Shown here piece by piece: positions 18,643 through 33,184 of a stretch of DNA of 64,000 nt. Below the pieces are notes generated by a model. That model saw only the letters and a program-made list of their open reading frames with translations. It had not been told where the DNA came from and did no database searches. A program made the translations under genes and the position numbers. How positions within the stretch are numbered: the stretch's first letter is position 1; each line of letters opens with the position of its first letter. Source of the stretch: Nitrospirota bacterium (GTDB lineage Bacteria; Nitrospirota; Thermodesulfovibrionia; Thermodesulfovibrionales; UBA9159); assembly GCA_963699545.1 (NCBI GenBank), contig CAVOUE010000003.1:416001-480000 (forward strand), read 5' to 3'.

Positions 18643-20736
18643 TCAAGCGTTTTCTTCTGTCTTCTTTGCCTCTTTCTCTGCAACAATCTTTTGTGCCAAG
18701 TGCCCCGGCACCTCCTCATAGTGGGAGAATTCCATAGAGTACAGTCCTCTTCCGGAGGTGATACTCTGGAGCTGGTTCGCATACGTCAGCATCTCGGACA
18801 TGGGCACCAGCGCGCCAATCTTCTGGTTCCCTCCTGCCTGAGGTTCCACCCCCTGAACCTTTCCTCTCTTGGAATTCAGGTCTCCGATGACTCCGCCCAA
18901 TGTATCGTCAGGAGTGGTGACTTCTACTTTCATGATAGGCTCAAGGAGAACCGGTCTCGCCTCAAGGAAAGCCTTTTTCAGCGCCATCGACCCTGCTATC
19001 TTGAAAGCCATTTCTGAAGAATCCACCGAATGGTAGGAGCCGTCATACAACGTAACGCGCATATCAATGACAGGATACCCTGCAATGATGCCTTCTTTCA
19101 TTGTCTCTACAATTCCCTTTTCAACTGCCGGCCTGTACTGCTGCGGAATCACCCCCCCCACTATCTTATCGGAAACTCATATCCGCTGCTTCTGGGCAGG
19201 GGTTCTATTGCAATCCAGCAGTCTCCGTACTGTCCCCTTCCGCCTGACTGTTTTTTGTACCTGCCCTGAGCCTTCGCGGACGCTTTTATGGTTTCACGGT
19301 ACGGTATTTTTGGGGTTTTCATTATGACCTCAACTCCGAATTTCCTCTTCAGTCTTTCGAGGGTCACTTCGAGGTGAACCTGGCCCATACCGGAGAGGAG
19401 CATCTCCTTTGTCTCCTCGTCCCTGTGAAATTTCAGGGTGGGGTCTTCTTCCAGCATTCTCTGGAGACCGGAGCTGACCTTCTCCTCGTCCCCCTTGCTT
19501 TTCGGAGCAATAGCATAGGAAATGATCGGTTCGGCAAACTTTACCTTTTCAAACACGATGGGATGGGACTCATCGGAAAGGGTATCCCCGGTATCGGTAT
19601 CCTTCAGCTTTGCCACTACTCCGATCTCGCCAGGCCCAACGACTGCGCCGGGACCTGTTTTTTCCCGAGGAGGTAGAACACCTGGCCGATCCGTTCCTTT
19701 GTCCCTGAAGAGGCGTTCAGTGCAGAGGAGTCAGCCTTGAGGGTTCCTGAATATACCCTGAATAGGGAGAGCTTTCCTGCAAAGGGGTCTGCGATGGTCT
19801 TAAAGACGTACGCGGAAAAAGGCTCTTTTTCATCGAGTTTTCTCTCTACTTCCTTTCCATCCTTCGGATTCTTCCCTTGATGGGTGATATCCTTGCCATT
19901 TCCGCGGTGAGGGCAGACAGAGCACTAGGTGTTGAGAAGCTCTGTAATCCCGATATTCCTTGTCGCGGAACCGCAGGTAACAGGGATAAACTTGCGGGTT
20001 ATGGAACCTTCTTTGATTCCCTTAATGATCTCTTCGGGTGTTAGTTCACCCCCCTCCAGGTATCTCTCAAGCAGCGCTATCGTCCGATTCTGCGATCTTT
20101 TCGACAAGCTTTTTTCGGTACCCCTGTGCCTCTGCGAGAAGTTCGGGGGGAATTTCCATCTCGATTTGCTACCGGCTGAAACTTATTGCCTTCATCGAGA
20201 TGAGGTCGATAATCCCTGAAAATGTTTCTCCCAGTGCCTACGGGCATTTGCAGCGGTAATCGCCTCCGCGTCGAACGATTTCTCTATTTCGGAATAGCGC
20301 CATGGAGAAATTTGCGTTTTCCTTGTCCATCTTGTTTATAAACACTATGCGCGGGATCTCGTATTCGCATGCAAATTTCCATATCTTTTCTGTTTCTGCC
20401 TTGACGCCTGAAATCGCACTTACGATCACCACTGCCCCGTCAACCGCCCTCAGACAGCCCCTGGTGTCTTCAATGAAGTTGATAAACCCCGGGGTGTCGA
20501 CAAGATTGATTCGGTGGTTGTTCCAGCTACAAAAGGACAGTGATGAAGTGATGGTTATTTTCCGTCGCAATCTCCTCCGGCTCGAAGTCGGTGGTGGATG
20601 TCCCGCTGTCGACAGAGCCCAAACTGTCGACAGAGCCGGAAACGAATAACAGAGCCTCGGTCAGAGAGGTCTTTCCCGCGCCTCCATGGGCGATCACCGC
20701 CACATTGCGAATTTTGTTCACATCAAAATTAGCCAT
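18643..20736 (-). CDS. fusA: Elongation factor G paralogue (EF-G2 type), split by indels
   Basis: [46 protein letters not shown]; not in an str operon context. Confidence 0.9.
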
Positions 20737-20792
20737 TTGATCCCCCTCCAGTTATAGTAGTCTTCTGATATGATGAGCGGTTCGCTGCTTTC

Positions 20793-21217
20793 TTATTCTT
20801 CCAGTACCTCTTCAACAACCGGCATATATGAGGTGTTCCTTTCCATCCTTGTACTCCATATCTTGACTGTAACAAAGGCCAGGATGAATGCACCGAACCC
20901 AAAGAGCGCAGAAACGATATCAGGGTCCAGGGAGTGAAAAAAGCGACTGAAAATTTCCTTTCCCGCAACTGCACCTATGATTAATGAAAGCGCGGGAAGG
21001 CCATATACAATGAGTGATCCTCTCAGATAGGAATAGGGCTTCAAGGCAACCCGCACTTTTTGACCCGTCATAGCCTTTGCCCGGTTGATGGCTTCGAGTT
21101 CCGCCCCTGCATCAGTGATTTTGCATCCTGCAGTGCATTGCTCACAGGCGGATTTTCTTTCCACTGACACTATTGCCAAAATACCTTGGTGCTTTTCACC
21201 ACGCCTATTTCATCCAT
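20793..21217 (-). CDS. RseC/MucC-family membrane protein (indel near 5' end)
   Basis: MDEIGVV...SACEQC-x3-C, VYGLPAL and two transmembrane helices. Confidence 0.75.
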
Positions 21218-21295
21218 TCTTAAAACCTTGAAAGTGAAATCAGTGATGCGGAAGGGGGAGCAGAGCAGACGGCTTCATCTCCCTCAATTTCTGTG

Positions 21296-21649
21296 TTACG
21301 GCATCACTATCGTGTTATTCGCAGAAAGACGTACGATTCTTGGCCTGAAATCCCTTACCTCATTCTCTTCAAAATACCCATAAGAGAAAATAATAACCCT
21401 ATCGCCCACAACTCCCTTTCTCGCGGTGGGTCCATTGAGGCACACCTTGCCACTTCCGCTTTCTCCTGGAATCGCATAGGTTTCAAATCGTTCGCCATTG
21501 TTCAGGTTACTCACCATCACCAGCTCATAGGGAAGTATGCCGGCCTCTCTCAATAACTGCTCATCTATAGTGATGCTTCCCTCGTATTCCAGGTTTGACT
21601 CGGTAACCGTGGCCATGTGTATTTTTGCTTTCAGCATGCATCTGAACAT
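21296..21649 (-). CDS. panD: Aspartate 1-decarboxylase
   Basis: MLKAKIH...YEGSITID self-cleavage site, NGERFETY, LNGPTAR. Confidence 0.95.
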   Translation of the reverse strand: MFRCMLKAKIHMATVTESNLEYEGSITIDEQLLREAGILPYELVMVSNLNNGERFETYAIPGESGSGKVCLNGPTARKGVVGDRVIIFSYGYFEENEVRDFRPRIVRLSANNTIVMP

Positions 21650-21653
21650 ATCG

Positions 21654-21940
21654 TTATTCAATAATCTTCGGTACCCGGTAGAAGTCGCCAGCCCTGTCAG
21701 GGGCATTCAGGAGGGCCTCGTCCGTGCAGCAGGGAGGGGCTCACTTGTCTTCCCTCACCACATTACGAATGGTGACTACATGGGATGTGGGCTCAATCCC
21801 GGAGGTGTCAAGTTCATTAAGCTTTTCGACATAGGTGAGAATACTGCTAAGCTGAGCGCCGAACTTCTCCTCTCTTCCGAGTCGGTAAGGCGGAGCCTCG
21901 CAAGCTGTGCAATATGTTCAACGTCAAGCTTTTACGTCTC
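21654..21940 (-). CDS. gatC: Asp/Glu-tRNA amidotransferase subunit C (frameshifted; start approximate; absent from track)
   Basis: Minus strand reads VEHIAQLARL...PTSH...NAPDR-GDFYRVPKIIE-stop. Confidence 0.8.
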
Positions 21941-21968
21941 CTTCAAGGACTGGATTCTTTGTGGCTTC

Positions 21969-24081
21969 TCACAGTTTTTGGAGATTGGCGAACCTCAAGA
22001 CGAGCTTCTTAATCCCAATGCTCGGGAAGTTAACCATTACCTTTTGCTCATCACCGTCACCGTAACAATCCCGGACCACGCCCATTCCCCACTTGGGATG
22101 TTTCACCCTGCACCCTGCCATATACGGGAAGAGAGGCTTTTTCGAAGTCTGCGCCGGGGGGTGCGAGACCGGGTGGCAGGAGTCCCCTGGTTTTCTCTAT
22201 CCACTCGCAGCATTTCTTCGGGATATCGGCAAGGAAACGGGATGCCTCCTGGTCTTGAAACTTTGCGTACAACCTCCTCTTGCTCGCCCCGGTAAGCCAG
22301 AGGATATCCTTTGCCCGTGGTCATCCCGACATAAAAGAGCCGGCGCTCTTCGTGGATTTCATCCTCATTGTCGAGGGCCTTAAAAAACGGGAGCACGCCC
22401 TCCTCCAGACCGATAATAAACACCACGGGAAACTCGAGACCCTTTGCACTGTGGAGCGTCATGAGAGTCACTGTATTGTCTCTGGCCGAATCGTCCAGAT
22501 TGGTGAAGAGTGATACCTTGTCAACGAAGTCCTTTATCTCGGTTTCTGCAGCGGAAGCGATGAGTTCATTAGATGTTGCATTCTGTCATTATTGAGCAAA
22601 CTCCTCATAGGCTGATTTTTCCATGATATCCTGTATCATGTCCGAGGCGGTTTTGTATTTCTTGGCTGCCATCCGCTCGATGAGTTTGATAAAACCTCCG
22701 AGCCTTTCCTTTACTGCCGAAGTAACCCCGTTTGCCTTTACCGTCGACTTCATCACTTCGTATAGGCTTCACGACTTCTTCTTTGCCTCATTCTCGATCT
22801 TCGAGAGCGTGGCAGCGCCGATTCCCCGGGGGGGGCAATTTATGATCCGTCTGCAGGCTCACATTGTCAGTTTGATTCAGGACGAGACGCAGGTAGGCGA
22901 TAATATCCTTGATCTCCTTTCTCTGGTAAAAACTGATTCCACCCACGATATGATAGGGGATCCCTTCGTCCCTTCAATGCGTCTTCGACCGCCCTTGACT
23001 GGATGTTGACCCGGTAGAGCACCGCAAAGTCGCTGAACTCGATACGCCTCCTTTCAGATAGAGTTCCTTTATCGTCTTTGCGATGTGTCTGGCCTCTTCG
23101 TCCTCGTTGTTGAGCCAGCAATGGTAGACCCGGTCTCCGCCTTCTCTCCCCGTCCACAGCTTTTTCGGTTTTCTCACCGGATTCTTAGAGATGACGGCAC
23201 TGGCAACATCCAGTATGTTCTGGGTGGAACGGTAGTTCTGTTCCAGACGGATGACCTTGGTGCCGGGGAAATCTTTCTCAAACCTGAATACATTACCGAC
23301 ATCGGCGCCCCTGAACCGGTAAATGCTCTGGTCATCGTCGCCAACGACCGAAATATTCCTGTGGCCCGAACCGAGCAGCTTTAATAGTTGGTACTGGGCG
23401 TAATTCGTATCCTGGAACTCATCAACCAGGATGTAGGAGAAGAAATTCCGATATTTCTTCAGGATCTCCGGGTGTCGCTCAAAAAGCGTAACGGCAAGCC
23501 CGATGAGGTCGTCAAAATCCAGGGCATTACACCGCTTCAATTCATCCTGATACCGGATATATACCTTTGCCAGTTTTTCATCAAATCCGAAGCCGTCACC
23601 CGTTGAAAGGAACTCCTCCGGCCCTATGAGGCGGGACTTCAGGGAGCTTATCTTCGCAGCCACGCCTTTGTAGAGGGCCTCATGAAATCTGAACTCCCTC
23701 AGGATATGCCGTATCAGCGTGCAGTGGTCGTCGTCGTCGTAGATCGAAAAATCGGGCTTGTACCCGAGCGCGCGTATTTCCTTTCGGAGCAGCCTGTTGC
23801 ACTGTGAATGGAACGTCCCGATCCAGGAGCCGTCCATGTCCTTTCCCGACAGGGAGGTAATCCTCTCCTTCATCTCATCTGCAGCCTTATTTGTGAAGGT
23901 GAGGGTAAGGATGGACGTCAGGCGAGAACTTCCTTGATTTCACGAGGTGCGCGAATTTGTGAGCGATGACCTTTGTCTTGCCGCTTCCTGCGCAGGCGAG
24001 AACAAGCAGAGGACCTTCCGTATAGAGAAGGGCTTCGCGCTGCTGGGGATTAAGGCCTTCCAATAAGCTTTCCTTTGACAT
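21969..24081 (-). CDS. pcrA: UvrD/PcrA DNA helicase (split by indels)
   Basis: [55 protein letters not shown]. Confidence 0.9.
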
Positions 24082-24186
24082 CTCGACTCCTTAGTATAGT
24101 AACAAAACCGGGCCGTATGCGTCAAAGAGAGGACACAGAGCAGGGAACGAAGAGCAGCTTCCGCTCCGTATGGTGTGGCCCGATTT

Positions 24187-26016
<1,830 letters not shown>

Positions 26017-26039
26017 AATCAGTAATCAGCAGTCAGCGT

Positions 26040-27512
26040 TCAGCAATCAGGGAAGAAGAATCCTCTTCCCTGCCTCTTGCAAACGGTTATTGCTTTTTTC
26101 CTTCTTCCTCCTTTTGTCTTTGCTGAGGACCGAGAGCTGTGACCCAGGTGCTTTCTCTTAAGTGCCCATCCTTCAATGGTCTTCTGACTTGTCCTGCTGA
26201 TGGCGAGGGACAGGGGAGGGACATCCTGGGTTATCGTGGAGCCTGCCCCAACGTAGGCGCCCCTTCCGATACGTACAGGGGCTACCAGTTGGGTATCGCT
26301 GCCGATAAAGACCCTATCTGCAATTTCCGTTACGTGTTTTCTCGCTCCGTCATAGTTGCAGGTGATGGTTCCCGCTCCGATGTTCACATCCTTTCCTATT
26401 ATCGCGTCCCCCAGATAACTCAGATGGGATGCTTTACTTGCCTTACCGATGACCGACTTCTTCAGCTCCACGAAATTGCCGACCCTGGCTTCGCACCCTA
26501 TGTCGGAACCGGGCCGAAGGCGGGCAAAGGGGCCCACGGATGCCCTGTCTCTAACCCGGGAGTCTTCTATGACGGTGGAATCCATGATCACGACGTCGTT
26601 CCCGATCTCGCTGTTCCGGATCCGCACGTTCGGATAGATTGTGGACCTTCTTCCTATCTTCGTATGTCCCTCAAGGTAGACGTTGGGATAGAGCGTGGTC
26701 TCCTCCCCGATGGATACGTCGGGATGGATAAAGACAGAACCGGTATCGAGAAAAAAGACTCCCCTGTCAACCCATTTGTCGACAATCTGCTTTTTCATCA
26801 GGCGGGATGCCTCGTACAGTTCTCTCCTCGTGTTTACGCCCATGAATTCATCTTCTGCGCCGATGCTATAGGCAGCGGTTCGCAGTCTTTTTCTCAGGGC
26901 CGCGGCAACAATATCAGTGAGGTAATATTCGCCTTTTGACCTGTTCATCCTTATCCCGTCCAGGACACGAAGGGCATCAGGCTGCAAGGCATAGACGCCG
27001 CTGTTCACCTCGCGAATCTCTTTCTGTGATGCGGCCGCGTCGTTCTGCTCCACTATCCCCACGACCCGACCTGAAGCATCCCTGACGATTCTGCCATAGC
27101 TGTCCGGATTGGCCGCTTCAAACGAGAGTACGGAAACGGCATTCGTATCTCTCCTGTGGAGACGCAGAAATTTTCTTATCGTGTCGGACCGTACCAGGGG
27201 AGAATCACCGTTCAACACCACTATGGTCCCCTTTGCGCCCTTCAGCGCAGGTCTTGCGCATTGAAGCGCGTGGCCGGTACCCCGGGCTTTCTTCTGTACC
27301 GTAAACACCAGATCTTCGTCTTTCATCGCTTCCTTTATGCGTTCCTGATGTTTTCCGGCCACAATGACAATTCTATCCGGTTTCAGCTTTTTCGCCGTGC
27401 TGACAACAGCCCGGAGCATAGAAATTCCGCATACTGTATGCAGTACCTTCGGCAGCGCTGACTTCATCCTTGTGCCGTGACCTGCTGCAAGGATAACGCA
27501 GGAAAGATTCAT
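26040..27512 (-). CDS. glmU: Bifunctional UDP-GlcNAc pyrophosphorylase/acetyltransferase
   Basis: ILAAGHGTRMKSALPKVLH, GEYYLTD, GPFARLRP, HLSYLGD, TCNYDG; start MNLSC at 27512. Confidence 0.95.
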   Translation of the reverse strand: MNLSCVILAAGHGTRMKSALPKVLHTVCGISMLRAVVSTAKKLKPDRIVIVAGKHQERIKEAMKDEDLVFTVQKKARGTGHALQCARPALKGAKGTIVVLNGDSPLVRSDTIRKFLRLHRRDTNAVSVLSFEAANPDSYGRIVRDASGRVVGIVEQNDAAASQKEIREVNSGVYALQPDALRVLDGIRMNRSKGEYYLTDIVAAALRKRLRTAAYSIGAEDEFMGVNTRRELYEASRLMKKQIVDKWVDRGVFFLDTGSVFIHPDVSIGEETTLYPNVYLEGHTKIGRRSTIYPNVRIRNSEIGNDVVIMDSTVIEDSRVRDRASVGPFARLRPGSDIGCEARVGNFVELKKSVIGKASKASHLSYLGDAIIGKDVNIGAGTITCNYDGARKHVTEIADRVFIGSDTQLVAPVRIGRGAYVGAGSTITQDVPPLSLAISRTSQKTIEGWALKRKHLGHSSRSSAKTKGGRRKKAITVCKRQGRGFFFPDC

Positions 27513-28123
27513 TCCTTCGCCCCGACAATCTTCTGCGGTGTGGCGATCCCCCCTGAAAGTATGATCTTGATACCTTCCTCTATGGGGATATCGGTATAGA
27601 AGACATCTTCTCCCTGAAAAAGGATCACCTCGCCGAGGTAGAGGTTGTTTGTCGGAATATACACCGCCCTGAAAGACGTTTCCTCCCCCTTGTCTTCGGA
27701 TCGTACGGAGCATTCCTTGGTGAGGAAGCCGAAGGCAAAGGCCCCCTGCCGGGGGTATTCGACGATCACGAATTTCTTGAAAGATCCGGTATTCTCGGGA
27801 GAAAAAGCATTCGCAAGTTGCTTCAGGCCCGTATAAATGCCCTTAAAGAGGGGATCTTGTGGAGAAACATATCCACTATCCCTATCATCCTCTTCCCTAT
27901 GACGTTTGTGGAGAACAAAGCCTACAAGGAACACAGCGGCGATGGCAGAGATAAATCCGAGGCCCGATACGTGGTATCCAAGCACCTTATCAAACAGAAA
28001 ACCCAGTTGATCATCCACAAAATTGAAAAACCATGCAATTACCTTAAGGGTGAGTATTACGGGGATGAGGACGACCAGCCCGGCGAGAAATTTTCTTTTC
28101 AGGATGGTACGGAAAGGGGCCAT
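27509..28123 (-). CDS. DUF502-like membrane protein
   Basis: FLAGLVVLIP..., VEYPRQG, VYIPT, IKIILSGG; middle segment looks locally frameshifted. Confidence 0.75.
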   Translation of the reverse strand: MAPFRTILKRKFLAGLVVLIPVILTLKVIAWFFNFVDDQLGFLFDKVLGYHVSGLGFISAIAAVFLVGFVLHKRHREEDDRDSGYVSPQDPLFKGIYTGLKQLANAFSPENTGSFKKFVIVEYPRQGAFAFGFLTKECSVRSEDKGEETSFRAVYIPTNNLYLGEVILFQGEDVFYTDIPIEEGIKIILSGGIATPQKIVGAKE

Positions 28124-28124
28124 A

Positions 28125-28879
28125 TTACTTGCTGGCCTTTGTCATAACCTCGTCGGGAATGTCAAAATTAGCATAGACATTCTGGACATCCTCATTTTCC
28201 TCAAGAACTTCCATGAGTCTCATCATCTGCTCCGCCGCCTTCTCATCGAGAGGGACGTAGCTCTTGGGAAGCATTGTTGTTTCTGCAAGGGAAACAGGAA
28301 TGCTTGCGCTTTCGACCGCACCCTTTATGCTGCTGAGGTCTTCGGGAGCGGTAATGATCTCGAAGTTGTCTTCCCTTGGGTCATTCCTCATATCCTCGGC
28401 ACCGGCGTCAAGAGCGACGGTCATGAGGGTCTCCTCGCTGACCTTGGACTTATCTACGAGGATATATCCTTTCTTCTGGAACATCCATGCAACACAGCCC
28501 GCTTCCCCCATATTCCCGCCGTGTTTTGACATGAGATGCCGGATCTCGGAAACCGTTCTGTTCTTGTTATCCGTAAGGACCTCGATAAGCACCGCCACCC
28601 CGCCCGGTCCGTACCCCTCGTAGATGAATTCCTCATAGGAGATCCCGGGGAGTTCTCCGGTGCCTTTCATAACGCCCTTTTGACGTTATCCTGGGGCATA
28701 TTCACTTCTTTCGCCTTTTCAATGGCAAGCCGCAGCCTCGGGTTACCAGTGGGGTCACCCCCTCCGAGCCTTGCGGCAACGGATATTTCTTTGACGATCT
28801 GGGTAAAGACTCTTCCTTTCTTTGCGTCGGTATGGGCTTTCTTATGCTTTATCTGTGCCCACTTGGAATGTCCTGACAT
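28125..28879 (-). CDS. yebC: YebC/PmpR-family protein (indel near 28670)
   Basis: [37 protein letters not shown]. Confidence 0.95.
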
Positions 28880-28981
28880 TCAATGCCCTCCATCTATCTC
28901 TTGTGCAGTAATTCAATAGTACGGGTTCTGCCGGGGAAATGGGTGAATATAACATTTTACCATACAAGCAAGGCCTTTGTC

Positions 28982-30352
28982 TTATTCGATACCGTACTCC
29001 TTGATCTTGGTCAGGAGGGTCTTATAGCTTACGTCAAGCGACTTCCGCTGCCCTGCTCTTGTTGCCCTTTCGTTTCCTGTAGGGCCTTTCTTATTCTCTC
29101 GGTCTCTGCCAGGCGCAGCGCCTCTCTTGCAGTATCCTCGAGGGTACCGTTCATGGGGAGCATATCCATGGTTGTTTTCATGTTCACGGGGCTCAAGGAG
29201 ATATGCTCACGGGTTATGTATCCCGCCGTCACAGAGGATTATCGCTCGTTCTATAGTATTCTCCAGTTCCCTGATATTTCCCTTCCACGGATGGCTCATC
29301 AGCATATCCAATACTTCCTCTGAGACTTCTTTTTACCGGGGTCTTCATCTCGGCGCAGTATTTCTTGATGAAGAAATCCACAAGCGGCGGGATATCCTCG
29401 GTCCTTTCCCTTAGGGAAGGAATCTTTATGGGGAAGACGTTCAGTCTGTAGAAAAGGTCTTCCCTGAATGTCCCCTCGGCGACTGCGATGTCGATCTCCT
29501 TATTGGTAGCGGCAATGATCCGCACATCCACCAGGATCGGCTTTACCCCGCCGACGCGTTCTATTTCACTTTCCTGTATGACCCTCAGGATCTTAGACTG
29601 TAAGGAAAGTGCCATCTCGCCGATCTCGTCGAGGAATATGGTTCCCTTGTCAGCGAGCTCGAACTTGCCGAGTTTCTTCGCTTCCGCCCCAGTGAAAGCC
29701 CCTTTCTCATGTCCGAAAAGTTCGGATTCCAAGAGTTCCTTTGGTATGGCAGCACAGTTTATCGGGACAAAGGGGTAGTCTTTTCTTGGACTCAGACAGT
29801 GTATGGCCCTTGCGAACAATTCCTTTCCCGTTCCGCTTTCACCAAGGAAGAAGGACCGTTGTCTTTGCCGGCGCAACCTTTTGAATCTTCTTCGCGACCT
29901 CAAGGATTTTTTCGGACTTTCCGACGATCGTGTGGCATTCCCATCACGGAAGAAAACTCTTCCTTCAGAAGGATATTCTCGGCCATTAACCGTTGATTAT
30001 CTACGGCTTTCTTAATGAGATGAAGAAGGTGATCGGTATCGAAAGGTTTTGTGATGAAATCGAAGGCCCCTTCCTTGATGGCCTTCACTGCAACGTCTAC
30101 GGTGCCGAAGGCGGTCATCACGATAACCGGCAACAGAGGGTTCTCTTCCTTTGCCGTTCTGAGCACCTCCATGCCGTCTTTCTTCGGGAGCTTCAGGTCA
30201 GTGAGGACAACATCCACCTTGCTCTCTCTGATCCTCCGGATCCCCTCCATCCCATCCCTTGCGATGAGGGGATGATACCCTTCAGCTTCCATGGTCTCTC
30301 TCAGCATCTGGGCCATGGATTCCTTGTCTTCAACGATAAGGATGGTTTCCAT
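28982..30352 (-). CDS. NtrC/AtoC-type sigma54 response regulator (split by indels)
   Basis: Receiver domain, [38 protein letters not shown]-terminal Fis HTH. Confidence 0.9.
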
Positions 30353-31518
30353 GGAGCGCTTTCTTAATCCCTCTGGTCGCCTGCCGTATTCTGTGCTCGT
30401 TCTCCACGAGGGCGAACCTCACAAAATTGTCCCCTCCGTCTCCAAAGCCGATGCCCGGAGATACCGCCACTCCCGCCTCATTGATAAGGAACTTACTGAA
30501 CTCCAGGGAGCCTGCCTGCTTAAACGGTTCAGGCATCTCCGCCCATACAAACATTGTGGCCCTGGGGGACTCCACATTCCACCCGGCCTGGTGAAGCCCC
30601 TTGATAAGGGCATCCCTTCTGGACTCGTAGACGCCCCGTATTTCGCTGACGCATTCCTGTGGGCCCCTCAGGGCGATGATGCTGGCGATCTGGATCGGCT
30701 GGAACATGCCGTAATCGAGATAGCTTTTGATCTTGGTCAGCGCGCCCACAAGCTCTTTGTTGCCGCAGCAGAATCCGACCCTCCATCCCGCCATGGAATA
30801 GCTTTTCGTAAGGGAGAAGAATTCAACGCCCACATCCTTGGCGCCCGGCGCCTGGAGAAAGCTGGGAGCCCTGTAATTGTCAAAGCAAAGGTCCGCGTAG
30901 GCAAAGTCGTGGACGACCATGATGTTGTTTTCCTTAGCAAAATCCACTACCCGCCTGAAGAAGTCCAGTTCGATACATTCGGTAGTCGGGTTATGGGGAA
31001 AGTTTATGATAAGCATCTTTGGTTTCGGCCAGAGAGATTTGAACGCCTTTTCCATCTCTTCAAAGAAGTCATACCCTTTACCCGTAGGAATGTATCTCAC
31101 TTCAGCCCCTGCAAGGATGGCGCTGTATGGATGGATGGGGTAAGCGGGTGAAGGCGTCATCACTACGTCTCCAGGCCCGAGTGTGGCATATGCAAGATGG
31201 CTCAGACCTTCTTTCGCTCCTATGGTGCAGACCACTTCGGTTTCCGGGTCGAGTTCCACATCAAAACGTCTCTTGTACCATTCGGTGATCGCCACCCTCA
31301 GTTGGGTAATGCCCCGGGAAGCGGAATAGCGGTGGTTCTTCGGATTGCCTGGCGGCCTCGCAGAGTTTCTCAACAATATGACTTGGTGTGGGGAGGTCAG
31401 GGTTCCCCATGCCGAGGTCTATGATATCGAAGCCCTTTCTCCTGGCTTCCATTTTGAGAGAATTGACGATGGCGAATACGTAAGGGGGAAGGCGTTTTAT
31501 CCTGCTGAACTCAAACAT
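30330..31518 (-). CDS. Class I/II PLP aminotransferase, AlaC/YfdZ-like (indel near 31350)
   Basis: [48 protein letters not shown]. Confidence 0.85.
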
Positions 31519-31562
31519 CCCGACTCCTTTTCTCTCTAAATCAATCTAATACTATACCAAAT

Positions 31563-32410
31563 TCACCGGGAAAACATCTCCTCAGCGTCCATGGAACTCC
31601 TCACGAGAGGCGCCGAGGCAACGCCCTTGAAACCCAGCGAGAGAGCGGCTTTTCTGTATTCTTCGAAGATCGCCGGCGTTATATACTCCGCGACCGGAAG
31701 CTTCCCTTTTGAAGGTCTCAGGTACTGACCTATGGTAAGATAGTCGCATCCCGCTGAGGGAAGATCCCGCATTAGGGAGAAGACCTCTTCACCTGTTTCG
31801 CCAAGACCTACCATAAGGCCGGATTTCGAACGTATCCGAGGGGCTATCCTCTTTGGCGGTATCCAGCACGCCTAGGGAGCGCTTATAATCTGCCTGAGGC
31901 CTCACCACGGGGTAGAGCCTTGGTACCGTCTCGACATTATGGTTGAACACGTCAGGCCCTGATTCCAGAACCGTTTTCAGCGCCGCCGTAGTCTCCCCTG
32001 AAGTCAGGGGTCAGGACCTCTATCTTCGCATCTGGCAGCAGCTCCCGCAGTGCCATGACCGTCTGGAAAATTGCCGTGCGCCTCCATCGGGAAGGTCGTC
32101 CCGCGTCACCGAGGTAATTACCACGTACTTCAGTCCCATATCCCGCGCCGCAAGGGCTACCCTTCCCGGTTCTTCCGCTTCAGGCGGATCAGGCGGCAAG
32201 GGATGCGGACTCCACCGAACAGAAACCGCAGTTTCTTGTGCAACGGGAGCCGAGAATCATAAAGGTGGCTGTGGGTTTCGAAAAACAGACCCCGATATTG
32301 GGACAACGGGCTTCTTCGCAGACGGTGGAAAGTCCACGGCTTCTCAGCATCTGTTTTGTAGCATGGAGTCCCGTAGAGCTCTTTGTCTTGATCCAGTCAG
32401 GGAGTCTCAT
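31563..32410 (-). CDS. lipA: Lipoyl synthase (split by indels)
   Basis: [38 protein letters not shown]. Confidence 0.9.
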
Positions 32411-32473
32411 GGGTTCATTGATGGCCGGGAAGGATTCCGGTCTTATAATAACTGTTAGCGAGCGTCAGGCCCG

Positions 32474-32683
32474 TCAGGGATTGCCGTCACCCGTCTGAAC
32501 ATCGTCCTTCTTCTCTTCGACTTCAGCACCAGCTTCAGCACCAGCTTCAGCACCAGCGGTTTCACCCTCACCCTGGACGCCTCCAGTCTTGTTGAACCGC
32601 CGCTGCCTTTTTTCTTCCTGTTTTTTCAAGCGGGACAGCTCTTTTTTCCTCTTTTCGCTTTTAAATGCACCTGGTCTTCCCAA
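32474..32683 (-). CDS. Small protein with basic N-terminus and acidic AGAE-repeat tail
   Basis: GAGGAGG SD; KRKKELSRLKKQEEKRQRR; 12-bp tandem repeats. Confidence 0.6.
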   Translation of the reverse strand: MGRPGAFKSEKRKKELSRLKKQEEKRQRRFNKTGGVQGEGETAGAEAGAEAGAEVEEKKDDVQTGDGNP

Positions 32684-32928
32684 TGTATCGACCTCCTCTC
32701 TTAATTAGGCATTATATCATGGAGGAGGCGCGGAATGCTAAAAACTGCGGAGACGGCTTTTCCCGCCAGACAGAGAAAGGTCTTGACTTTTTTTGGCAAA
32801 TATGTCAGTCTTTACAAGAGTTTCAGAAGTTTTTGTACAGGGTAGGGCCACAAAGACTTTTAGCTTTGTGGCCTTTTTCGTTGATGCGGCTTCATGAGGC
32901 TTAGTTTATGCGTAAGGAGGTATGGGAG

Positions 32929-33129
32929 ATGTCAAACGGAACAGTCAAGTGGTTCAACGAGTCCAAGGGCTTCGGCTTCATCACAAGCGAAGACGGCAGT
33001 GATGTTTTCGTCCACTATTCGTCCATCGCGGGCAACGGGTTCAAGTCTCTTGCCGAGGGTGACTCGGTCAGCTTTGATGTTGAAAATGGCCCGAAGGGTC
33101 CCAAAGCTGTCAATGTGGTAAAAAAGTAG
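32929..33129 (+). CDS. csp: Cold-shock protein
   Basis: [15 protein letters not shown] and DVFVHYS RNP motifs; AAGGAGG SD. Confidence 0.97.
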   Translation: MSNGTVKWFNESKGFGFITSEDGSDVFVHYSSIAGNGFKSLAEGDSVSFDVENGPKGPKAVNVVKK

Positions 33130-33140
33130 TTGATTCCCAA

Positions 33141-33172
33141 GATCCCCCTGCCCTGCAGGGGGGTCTCTCTTT
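33141..33172 (+). terminator. Probable terminator after csp
   Basis: GATCCCCCTG/CAGGGGGGTC stem followed by TCTCTTTT. Confidence 0.55.
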
Positions 33173-33184
33173 TCGGAGGAGGAA

